This document shows, piece by piece, positions 1 to 8,400 of a DNA stretch of 43,977 nucleotides. The translations under genes were made by a program, and so were the position numbers. Each line of letters starts with the position of its first letter. Positions within the stretch are counted from its first letter, which is position 1. The notes beneath the pieces were generated by a model. The model had not been told where the DNA came from and searched no databases. It was given only the letters and a program-made list of their open reading frames with translations. Origin of the DNA: a candidate division WOR-3 bacterium (GTDB lineage: Bacteria > Hydrothermota > Tepidihabitantia > Tepidihabitantales > Tepidihabitantaceae); contig CBFGIY010000009.1 in the NCBI GenBank assembly GCA_965648935.1, positions 1-43,977 on the forward strand, written 5' to 3'.

Positions 1-221
1 TTCTGCACCTCGGGAATGCTCTCCTTGAGCACCTTCTCGACACCGAAAGCCAGGGTCATCGCCGAGAACGGGCAGCCCGAACAGGAACCGGTCAGCCGGA
101 CCTGCACGACCCCGTCGTCGGTCACGCCGACCAGCTCGATGTCGCCGCCGTCGGCCTGCAGGTTCGGCCGCACCTTTTCGTCGATCAGTTGCCGGACCTT
201 CTGTTCAAGCTGCTGGTTCAT
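1..221 (-). CDS. nifU: NifU C-terminal domain (NfuA-like) Fe-S carrier protein, 3' end runs off the window
   Basis: Not in the ORF track; translated by hand from ATG at 221: MNQQLEQKVRQLIDEKVRPNLQADGGDIELVGVTDDGVVQVRLTGSCSGCPFSAMTLAFGVEKVLKESIPEV. Has the RP.L..DGGD and GxCxGCP motifs. RBS AAGGAG upstream. Confidence 0.92.
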   Translation of the reverse strand, partial: MNQQLEQKVRQLIDEKVRPNLQADGGDIELVGVTDDGVVQVRLTGSCSGCPFSAMTLAFGVEKVLKESIPEVQ

Positions 222-1266
222 CAGTCTCTCCTTTTTCGGCCCGGGCGGCGCGCTTGACGATATCCGGAGCCTTGACCCGCCACGCCGCGATGTCCTCGTC
301 GGCGAAAGGCTTCACCGACAGCTCCCTGTCGGCGCAGGCAATCTTGACCGGCTTGCCCGGCGGCGCATCGGAATAGCGCGCGCAGAGCCGGGCCGCTATC
401 TCGGTGTCTTTCTTGGTGACCTTGGCCGCGCGGTAGAGCACGACCGGCCCCATCACGCTCACCGGCCGGCAGACCACGTCGGTCTCACGGGCGAGCTTCT
501 CGATTTCGGCGTTCTCGGCCTCGTTGCGGCCGACCACGACCTTGGCTCCGCTGTCCAGGCGGAAGTGCCGGCCGTGGCGCAGAAGCGGAATCGAGTCAAG
601 CGCCAGTTCGCTGTGAGCCACGGCGTCGCGCGCCTTGGCCGCGAAGTTGCGGTCGAGCAGGATGCAGCCGGTGCCCGGTATCGGGAAATCAAAGAAGCCG
701 TACTCGTGGGCCAGGCGCATCTGGCGGCGCCGGCCCCGGCCCTTGATGTCCAGCAGCCGCTCGCGCCGCACCAGCCCGGTCAGTTCTGGAATGGTCGGCT
801 CGAGCAACTTGGCCGACAGGGGCCTGAGCAGCCGGCCCTCGACCCCGGCCGCCTTTTCAATCGACTTGAGCGCGCGCTTGTTCTGGCACACCGCGCGCTG
901 GCCCGCCACCTCACCCGTGAAGATGAAGTCTGCCCGTATCTCGCGGGCCAGTTCCTTCGCCTTCATCAGCATGAAGACGATGCAGTCGAGGCACGGCGCC
1001 ATCTGGCGCACATAGCCCTGCTTGGGCTTGCGCACGATGTCGAGGTAATCGTCGCCCAGGTCGAGCACGAGCAGGCTGGCCCCGGCGCTCGCCGCCAGCT
1101 TCTGCAGCCGCTCCTCGGACGCGACCCGGCCCGGCACCTCGAACGGCGTGCGGAAGTGCAGCGCCAGCACCGTGGCGCCCTGCTCGGATATCAGTTTTGT
1201 CGCGAGGATGCTGTCGAGGCCGCCGGAAAACAGGCCGATGGCTTTGGACTTCTTGCTCGGTATCAT
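205..1266 (-). CDS. PP-loop ATPase, ThiI/MnmA-like tRNA thiolase family, with DUF814-like C-terminus
   Basis: SGGLDS PP-loop, PCLDC, TGEVAGQR, LLRPLSAKLL, PGTGC, GRHFRL and VGRNEAEN motifs. Start placed at ATG 1266 (MIPSKK) after AAAGGAAG. Confidence 0.75.
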   Translation of the reverse strand: MIPSKKSKAIGLFSGGLDSILATKLISEQGATVLALHFRTPFEVPGRVASEERLQKLAASAGASLLVLDLGDDYLDIVRKPKQGYVRQMAPCLDCIVFMLMKAKELAREIRADFIFTGEVAGQRAVCQNKRALKSIEKAAGVEGRLLRPLSAKLLEPTIPELTGLVRRERLLDIKGRGRRRQMRLAHEYGFFDFPIPGTGCILLDRNFAAKARDAVAHSELALDSIPLLRHGRHFRLDSGAKVVVGRNEAENAEIEKLARETDVVCRPVSVMGPVVLYRAAKVTKKDTEIAARLCARYSDAPPGKPVKIACADRELSVKPFADEDIAAWRVKAPDIVKRAARAEKGETDEPAA

Positions 1267-1334
1267 TGGCTGTCTTCCTTTGGCATAGTCGGCGGCCGTC
1301 GGCACCCGGTCCGTGGTGTCGGCAACCCGCTCAT
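1263..1334 (-). CDS. Putative 23-aa leaderless upstream peptide MSGLPTPRTGCRRPPTMPKEDSQ
   Basis: ATG lies 7 nt after TAAAAT; its TGA (1265-1263) overlaps the ATG of the next gene (ATGA). Confidence 0.35.
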   Translation of the reverse strand: MSGLPTPRTGCRRPPTMPKEDSQ

Positions 1335-1341
1335 ATGAGTC

Positions 1342-1369
1342 ATTTTAGCCGCCCGCACAACGCTGTCAA
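1342..1369 (-). promoter_or_regulatory. Sigma70-like promoter
   Basis: TTGACA (1369-1364), 16-nt spacer, TAAAAT (1347-1342). Confidence 0.7.
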
Positions 1370-1381
1370 GCTGGCGTGCGT

Positions 1382-2296
1382 TCAGCCTCCCTGACGCCCG
1401 CCGTACACGCTCTGGCGGATGAACGCCTCGTCCCGGCGCCACCGCTCGGCGACCTTGACCGACAGCTCCAGAAACACCGGCCGTCCGAGAAACTTCTCAA
1501 TGTCGCGCCGGGCCGCCGAGCCGAGCCGCTTCAGGGCGCGGCCGCCCTTGCCGATGATTATCGCCTTCTGGGACTCGCGCTCGACGAACACCGTCACCCG
1601 GATGAGGTCCTTGCGCCCGGGCCGCTCGACAAACTCCTCGCAGACCGTCGCCGTGGCATAGGGCACCTCGGCCCCGAAAAGGTTGAACACCGCGGCCCGC
1701 ACGAACTCGGCCGCGAAGAAGCGCTCGGGCCGGTCCGCGACCTGGTCCGGCGGATACAGCGGCGGCCCGGCGGGCAGGGACCGGCCGATTGCCGCTCTCA
1801 ATTCGTCGATGCCGCTGCGCCGCAGCGCCGAGACCATGAAGACCTCCTCGAACCCGGCCCCGGCGAGCGCGGCCGCGGCCTCAAGCAGCCGGGTCTTGTC
1901 GGCCAGCAGGTCAACCTTGTTGAGCACTGCGAGTGACCGCCTCCCTGCGACGCGGCGCAGCGCGTCGTCCGGCGCGCAGTCGGAGCTTGCGTCCAGCACC
2001 GCGACGCGGACATCGGCGTCGGCCAGGGCCGACTCGATCTCCCTAGCCATGTGCTTCTGCAGCGGGTAGCGCGGGTCGAGCAGGCCGGGCGTATCGAGCA
2101 GCAGCGCCTGGTAGCTCTCGGTCGAGATTATGCCGAGGATGCGGTGCCGGGTGGTCTGGGGCCGGGGCGCGGTGATTGACACTTTCAGCCCGACCAGCGC
2201 GTTGGTCAGGGTCGACTTGCCGACGTTGGGCCGGCCGACCACGGCCACGTAACCGCAGCGGTAGTCGGGCGGGATTGTCCGGGTCGGTTCGGTCAC
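1382..2296 (-). CDS. era: GTPase Era
   Basis: GRPNVGKS, QTTR, DTPG, NKVD motifs and KH domain with IIGKGG. GTG start at 2296 overlaps the accA stop (GTGA); the longer ORF-track N-terminus is an accA shadow. Confidence 0.95.
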   Translation of the reverse strand: MTEPTRTIPPDYRCGYVAVVGRPNVGKSTLTNALVGLKVSITAPRPQTTRHRILGIISTESYQALLLDTPGLLDPRYPLQKHMAREIESALADADVRVAVLDASSDCAPDDALRRVAGRRSLAVLNKVDLLADKTRLLEAAAALAGAGFEEVFMVSALRRSGIDELRAAIGRSLPAGPPLYPPDQVADRPERFFAAEFVRAAVFNLFGAEVPYATATVCEEFVERPGRKDLIRVTVFVERESQKAIIIGKGGRALKRLGSAARRDIEKFLGRPVFLELSVKVAERWRRDEAFIRQSVYGGRQGG

Positions 2297-3231
2297 GAGC
2301 CGTAGACGCCGATCCGGCCGAACCGCTCGACCCGTGTCCGGACCAGCTCGTCGGCACTCAACGTCTTGAGCTCGGAGTAGTGCTCCAGCACCGCGGCCTT
2401 GAGCAGCCGCGCCGCCTCGTCCCAGTCGTGGTGGGCCCCGCCGAGCGGCTCCGGCACCACCGCCTCGATGACGCCAAGCGACAGAATCTCGGCCGCGGTC
2501 ATCCGCAGCACCCGGGCCGCGTCCGGCGCCTTCGAGCCGTCGCGCCACAGTATCGAAGCGCAGCCCTCGGGCGAAATCACCGAGTAGACCGCGTTCTCCT
2601 GCATCAGCACGCGGTTGCCGACCGCGATGGCCAGCGCGCCGCCCGAGCCGCCCTCGCCCGTGACGACGGTGATCACCGGCACCGGCAGCATCGCCATCTC
2701 GCGCAGGTTGCGGGCGATCGCCTCGCCCTGGCCTCTTTCCTCGGCCCCGACGCCCGGGTAAGCGCCGGGCGTGTCGACCAGGGCCAGCACGGGCAGGCCG
2801 AAGCGGCCCGCGAGCTCCATCACCCGCAGCGCCTTGCGGTAGCCCTCGGGATGCGGCATCCCGAAGAAGCGCGCGACCTTGTCCCTGGTGTCGCGGCCCT
2901 TCTGGTGCCCGACGATGGCGAACCCGATGCCGTCGATGCGGCCCAGTCCGGCGACGATCGCCTGGTCGTCGGCAAAGCCGCGGTCGCCGTGCAGCTCGGT
3001 GAAATCGGTCACCATCCGGGCGACGTACTCGAGCGTGTAGGGCCGGCGCGGGTGCCGGGCGAGCTGGACCCGCTGCCACGGGGTCAGGTCGGCGTAAAGC
3101 CGGGACTTGAGCTTGTCAATCTGGTCCTGGACTTTCTGCGCTTCCTGGGTCGAGCCGAGCGCGACCAGCTCGTCGTAGCGGTCGTGCAGCTGGGCCAGCG
3201 GCTCTTCGAAATCCAGCCAGCCTTCAGCCAT
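2293..3231 (-). CDS. accA: Acetyl-CoA carboxylase carboxyltransferase subunit alpha
   Basis: LDFE.PL, ARHPRRPYTL, ELHGDR, FGMPHPEGYRKALR, DTPGAYPG, GEGGSGGALA, YSVISPEGCASILW. Confidence 0.97.
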   Translation of the reverse strand: MAEGWLDFEEPLAQLHDRYDELVALGSTQEAQKVQDQIDKLKSRLYADLTPWQRVQLARHPRRPYTLEYVARMVTDFTELHGDRGFADDQAIVAGLGRIDGIGFAIVGHQKGRDTRDKVARFFGMPHPEGYRKALRVMELAGRFGLPVLALVDTPGAYPGVGAEERGQGEAIARNLREMAMLPVPVITVVTGEGGSGGALAIAVGNRVLMQENAVYSVISPEGCASILWRDGSKAPDAARVLRMTAAEILSLGVIEAVVPEPLGGAHHDWDEAARLLKAAVLEHYSELKTLSADELVRTRVERFGRIGVYGS

Positions 3232-3249
3232 TGTTTTCGCCGGTTGGTG

Positions 3250-4134
3250 TCAGTAGCCGAACCCGAGTGACAGCCGGTGCGCGACACCAAGGTCGTGCCG
3301 CAGCGGCGCGAGGCTGTAGTCGAACCGGAACCGGCCCAGCTTCAGGCCCAGCCCGGCCGAGAGCTTCTGCCCCTTGCCCAGGATGTCGTAGCCGGCGCGC
3401 GCCAGCAGCAGCTCGTTGTAGCCGACTTCGAGCCCGGCCAGCGCCTCGAACTCGCCGCTGTAGAAGAAGTAGCCGCCGTCGGCCGCGACCGTCACGCGCA
3501 GCCGGTCCAGCGGCGCAAAATCGTACCCCGCGCCGAGCCGGCCCCGGGTCGGCAGCCAGAAGACTTCGCGCCGGTAGGTGAGCGTCTGGCCGAAGTCCAC
3601 GACCGACGCGCCCAGCGAGAGCGCGCGCCACGGCCGCACCCGCACCCCGGCATCCAGGCCGAGCCCGCGGGCATCCCACGTCATCATCCGGCCGTAGAAG
3701 TACCGCGCGGTCAGCCCGACATCGACCCGCTCGCTGACCTGCCGGGCCAGGTTCAGGTAGAAGCTCATCTCGACCGGCTCGAAAGTGCCGATCGGCTCGG
3801 CGGTCGGGTCGGTGCGGTACTCGAACTCGCCCGCCGAGAAGCTCACCGCGCCCAGCCCGAAGTTGACCAGCCGCGTGCTGCGGGCGACAAAGACCGACTG
3901 CTGGCGCGTGTCAAGCAGCCATTTCGTGTAGTGAACCGTCGCCTGGAAACCCGCCGCGCCGGCGTTGGCCGACGGGTTGTAAGGCACCGACTGCGGCCCG
4001 AACGCGGCGGCACAGCCGGTCCCGCCCATTCCCGCCTCGCGCACGCCCGGCTCGACCCGGAGGCTGGAGAAACCGAGCACCCGGGTTCCGCCCGCGGCCG
4101 ACAGGGCCAGCAGCACCGCGACCAGCGTGGTCAC
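3250..4134 (-). CDS. porV: PorV/PorQ-family outer-membrane beta-barrel protein
   Basis: Signal peptide; N-terminal L..EPGVREAGMGG...PYNPS motif typical of PorV/FadL-like proteins; alternating beta strands; aromatic C-terminus HRLSLGFGY. Confidence 0.75.
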   Translation of the reverse strand: MTTLVAVLLALSAAGGTRVLGFSSLRVEPGVREAGMGGTGCAAAFGPQSVPYNPSANAGAAGFQATVHYTKWLLDTRQQSVFVARSTRLVNFGLGAVSFSAGEFEYRTDPTAEPIGTFEPVEMSFYLNLARQVSERVDVGLTARYFYGRMMTWDARGLGLDAGVRVRPWRALSLGASVVDFGQTLTYRREVFWLPTRGRLGAGYDFAPLDRLRVTVAADGGYFFYSGEFEALAGLEVGYNELLLARAGYDILGKGQKLSAGLGLKLGRFRFDYSLAPLRHDLGVAHRLSLGFGY

Positions 4135-4137
4135 GCC

Positions 4138-5259
4138 CTAGCCCTCGATAATCTCGACGTTGGCGCGGGGCATGCGCACCCGCACGCCGCCCTCAAGCTC
4201 GACCTCAAGCACCCGCACTTTGGCCTCGGTCTCAATGCTCTCCAGCTCGACCGGCAGGGCGACGACCTTGCCGATGGCGCCGAAGTGGGGCTGGCGGATG
4301 ATGCGCACCAGCATCCCCAGGCTCAGGCCGGCCTCGGCCGCGTTCTGGGTCGTCTCGGGCTTGTCGTCGCCGAGCGGCACGATGACCTCGGGCCGGATGA
4401 CGCCGGCGCGAATCTGGGTCGCGCCGTTCACCGATGCGACCTTGCCCTCAAGCGACTTGAGCAAGTCGAAAGTCTTGCGAGCCATCCGCATCTCGCCGAA
4501 CCCTTCGGTGGCGACCACGGTCAGGCCCTTGCGCTCGTGCCCGGTTATGGCCACGCCGATGTCGTAGCCGAGAAACTTGCGCAGCGTCGAGTCCTCGATG
4601 CCGCCGCCGATGAGCGCGCGCGCGCCCTGGCGCACTCCCTCCTCGATGGCGCCGTACTCGATGAGCGAGCCGCCGACCACGACCTTGCCCCGGCAGTCCG
4701 GGGTGATCCGGTCCGCGGTCAGCACCGTCTCGGGCGAGTCCGCGACCACGTGCACGACCCCGCGCACCTCGCCGCCGACCCCGAAAATGCCCTGCACCAG
4801 GCTCGCCATCGTCTCGACCACCACGCCCTCGCGCGGCAGCACCTCGCTGACCACGCCCTCGATGTAGGCGTCGACCTGCACCGGTTCGGGCGCCTCGCGC
4901 ATTATCACCTGTCCGGTGACGTGCGAGATGCTCTCGACCGTGCCCGCGACCGGCGACTTGACCTCGGTCTTGAACAGGCCAAGAAAGCCCTTGGACAGGG
5001 CGATGACCTCGTCCTTGGCCACCGCCGCGCCGACCGCCTTGGTCATCATCCCGGGTACGTCCTCGGGCGGCACGCCGAGCAGGCCGCCGACGTTCACGGT
5101 CGTCACGTTGCCGGGCAGTTCGGTGCGGGCGACGACATCGTCGCCCTTCACCCGCTGGCCCTTCTCGACCAGGGTCTCGCCGGGCAGGGGCAATCGGCGC
5201 TGTTTTCTGACGAGGGTGCGGCCGGTGACTTTCAGGCCTGGAGTGTACGCATGTGCCAT
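4138..5259 (-). CDS. Conserved hypothetical protein (barrel-sandwich-hybrid-like repeats, C-terminal KOW-like motif)
   Basis: Coding-like composition; GETLVEKGQRV and VKSPVAGTVESI resemble hybrid/lipoyl-type hairpins; GMLVRIIRQPHFGAIGKV is KOW-like. Start at ATG 5259 (MAHAYTPGLKV). Confidence 0.8.
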   Translation of the reverse strand: MAHAYTPGLKVTGRTLVRKQRRLPLPGETLVEKGQRVKGDDVVARTELPGNVTTVNVGGLLGVPPEDVPGMMTKAVGAAVAKDEVIALSKGFLGLFKTEVKSPVAGTVESISHVTGQVIMREAPEPVQVDAYIEGVVSEVLPREGVVVETMASLVQGIFGVGGEVRGVVHVVADSPETVLTADRITPDCRGKVVVGGSLIEYGAIEEGVRQGARALIGGGIEDSTLRKFLGYDIGVAITGHERKGLTVVATEGFGEMRMARKTFDLLKSLEGKVASVNGATQIRAGVIRPEVIVPLGDDKPETTQNAAEAGLSLGMLVRIIRQPHFGAIGKVVALPVELESIETEAKVRVLEVELEGGVRVRMPRANVEIIEG

Positions 5260-5267
5260 GGGACTCC

Positions 5268-5296
5268 AGCTTATGGCAACGGCCGGCAACTGTCAA
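5268..5296 (-). promoter_or_regulatory. Sigma70-like promoter, probably leaderless transcript
   Basis: TTGACA (5296-5291), 17 nt, TAAGCT (5273-5268), then 8 nt to ATG 5259. Confidence 0.65.
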
Positions 5297-5324
5297 GAAC
5301 GCCACGGCCGGGACTGCTCAGGTG

Positions 5325-5352
5325 TTGACAGCCGCCCCGGCCGGACTAAGTT
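5325..5352 (+). promoter_or_regulatory. Sigma70-like promoter for the C25 protease gene (divergent)
   Basis: TTGACA (5325-5330), 16 nt, TAAGTT (5347-5352). RBS AAGGAGG lies further downstream before ATG 5440. Confidence 0.65.
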
Positions 5353-5439
5353 CTTTCATTAATGTTACCGCGAAACGCCGCCCGCGAGGCTGACGTGCGG
5401 CTGTCTGCCCGGAATCAAACCCCGCCAAGGAGGTCCTAG

Positions 5440-8400
5440 ATGAAGCGTCTGAGTCTGCTGGTCCTGGCCGCATTCTCGCTGGGCCTGGCCGCGAGCGTGA
5501 CCCACACGTTCACGTACTCGCCGACCAGCCTGAAGCTGAGCGAGAGCAACGGCTACACGCTCGTCGACTTCGCCGGCCTGCCCCGCGGCGACCGGCTGGG
5601 CACGCCCGACCTGCCCGTTGCCCCGGCCCAGGTCGTCATCCCGGCCGGCGCCGAGCTGACCGGGTTCGAGATCGTCGACGTGCGCTACGAGCCGGTCCCG
5701 GGCACATACGACGTGATGCCCGTGCAGTACGCGCAGGCCTACACGACCGACCCGCTCGAGTTCCCGTTCGTCTCGCCCGATCCGGCGAGCTACTCCGGAA
5801 TCTGGCCGGCAGCGCCGGCCGAGCTCACGGCCCAGGGCACCAAGTCCGGGTACCGGCTGGTCAGTTTCCGCGTGTATCCGGTGCGCTACGACGCGGCCGC
5901 GCGCACGCTCTCGATCGTGACCCGGCTCACGGTTCGCGTGACCTACGAGAACGGCAAGAACCACGTCGCCCGGCGCTCTGACCTGCAGATCGCCCTGCAC
6001 GGCCGGCAGGTGCGCGAGCTCGTGCTCAACCCCCAGGACGTCGACCGCTTCGCCCCGCCGAAGAAGACCGGCGAGTACGGCTCGGCCTTCCTGCCCGCGG
6101 GCACCTACGAGCACGTCATCCTCGCCACCAGCCTGTACAAGGACTCGCTCGCCCGGCTGCGCGACTGGCGCACCCGCCAGGGCTGGCGCTCCATCATTGT
6201 GCCGATCGAGTCGGTCTGCGCGGTCTACCCCGGCGTCGACACCGCCGAGAAGATGCGCAACTTCCTCAAGGACGCCGAGACGACCTGGAGCACGATTTTC
6301 TGCTTCATCGCCCGCAAGGACTGGCCGGCCAACCAGTTCCGCAGGGTCTACGGCAACGTGTCCGGCTACCCGGTCGAGAACATGCCCTCGGACATGTACT
6401 ACTCTTGCCTCGACGGTTCCTGGAACCGCAACGGCAACAACATCTGGGGCGAGCCGGGCGACTCGGTCGACTGCCTCGCCGACATCCATGTCGGGATGAT
6501 AACGCTCGACGGCTTCGCCGAGCTTTCGAAGTACCTCGCCAAGCTCTTCCGCTACGAGTTCACGCCCGACACCGGCTGGTTCACCAAGGCGCTGCTCGGC
6601 AACGACGTCACCTTTTCCAACAACTTCCACGACTCGATCGCCAACGCCACGCCCTCGCCGCCGTGGTTCGACCTGAAGATGTACACCACCGGCGGGATGA
6701 TCACCCCCACGCCCCAGCGCTACATCGACTCGCTGCAGTCCGGCTACCCGATCACCGCTATCATCGCCCACGGCAACATCGACCTCTACGGCATGGGCGG
6801 CAACATCACTTCGCCGATGATGAACGCGCTGACCAACGCCAACAGGCTGTCGATGATAACCGCGGTCTGCTGCCACACCGGCGAGTGGGACCAGACCGGC
6901 AACACCAACGGCGACTGCATCGCCGAGAACATGGCCTTCCACGCGCCCAACGGCTTTGTCGGCGTGATGAAGAACGCCCGTTACGGCTGGGTCGCGGTCG
7001 CCGAGTTCTTCAACTACTCCATCTGCTACGGCCTGCTCGGGTTCCGCACCCCGCGCCGCATCACCCAGGGCGAGGCGCTCTCCTACGGCAAGGACTACTG
7101 GCACCCCCTCGTCGCGGTCACGACCGACACCTCGAAGTTCCGCTACGAGGCGTTCGAGCGAACGCTCTTCGGCGAGCCGGCCGTGCCGATCTGGACCGGC
7201 CGCGCCTTCACCGCATCGGTCACCCGGCCCGGCGCGATCAACATCGGCTCGGGTATCGCCGTGCCGATAACCGTCACGACCGGCACCGACGCACCGGTCG
7301 AGTCGGCGATGGTCTGCCTTGTCAAGGGCAACGAGACCTTCGCCCGCGGCTTCACCGACGCCTCGGGCCAGGTCACGCTCACCGTCTCGCCGCTCACGCC
7401 GGGGATGATGTCGCTGACCGTGACCGGCGCCAACAACCTGCCGGTGCTCGATTCCATCGTCGTGATGGCCGCAGGCAAGTTCGTGTCCTACCTGCGCCAC
7501 TCGGTCAACGACTCAATCGGCGGCAACAGCGACGGGATAATCAACCCGGGCGAGAGCTTCCGCCTGCCGATGTGGGTCAAGAACTACGGCACCCAGACCG
7601 CGCAGGGCGTCACCGGCCGGCTCATCACCCGCGTCGCCGGCGTGACGGTCACCGACTCGATCAAGAGCTTCGGCAACATCGCGGGCGGCGACAGCGCACG
7701 CAATGCCCAGGGTTTCGGGCTGACCGTCGCCACCGGACTGCCCAACAACTACGCGATACCCTGCTCGGTCGTCTGCCGCGACAACCAGGACTCGGTCTGG
7801 GTCTCATACGTCACCCTGCGCGTCGGCGCCCCGAGCATCGCCTTCGTCGACAAACGGGTGCGCGACGAGAACGGCTCACGCCCCAACGGCAAGCTCGACC
7901 CGGGTGAAACCGCCGACCTCGAAGTCAGCATCCGCAACGCCGGTCTCGGCCACGCATACAACGTCCGCGCGACCCTGCGCTCGGGCGACCCGCGCCTCGT
8001 CGTCACCGATTCGGCAGCCGCCTACGGCACGATTCTGAGCGACAGCACCGCGGTCAACACCGGCGACCGGTTCACGCTCGCGGCCAGCGCCTCGATACCG
8101 CCGGAAACCCCGATCGCCTGCACGCTCGACATCTACGCCGATGCCGGCTACTACAGCCGGTCGGTCTTCACCATAATCGTCGGCGAGATTCGCGTCGTCG
8201 ACCCGATGCCCGACGGCCCGCGCCAGCCCGCGCTCTACTGGGCCTACGACGAGGTCGACACCGACTACGACGAATGCCCGGTCTTCGAGTGGGTGGAAAT
8301 CAACAACCGCGGCACGCGCCTGACCCTGTCGGACGACCAGACCGTGGTCGTGCCTATCCCGACTGCGTTTGGCCCGTTCCGTTTCTACGGCCAGGACTAC

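Noticed and set aside
16..1338. Long opposite-strand ORFs (16..1338, 3277..5328, 5365..7500, 11133..12491, 22488..23690, 26955..28724, 28884..31010 and others)
   Set aside because: Antisense or alternate-frame shadows of recognisable genes, expected in high-GC DNA; no motifs.
2297..3079. Apparent 261-aa N-terminal extension of Era
   Set aside because: Arg/Gly-rich alternate frame of accA; a GTG overlapping the accA stop gives a normal-length Era.
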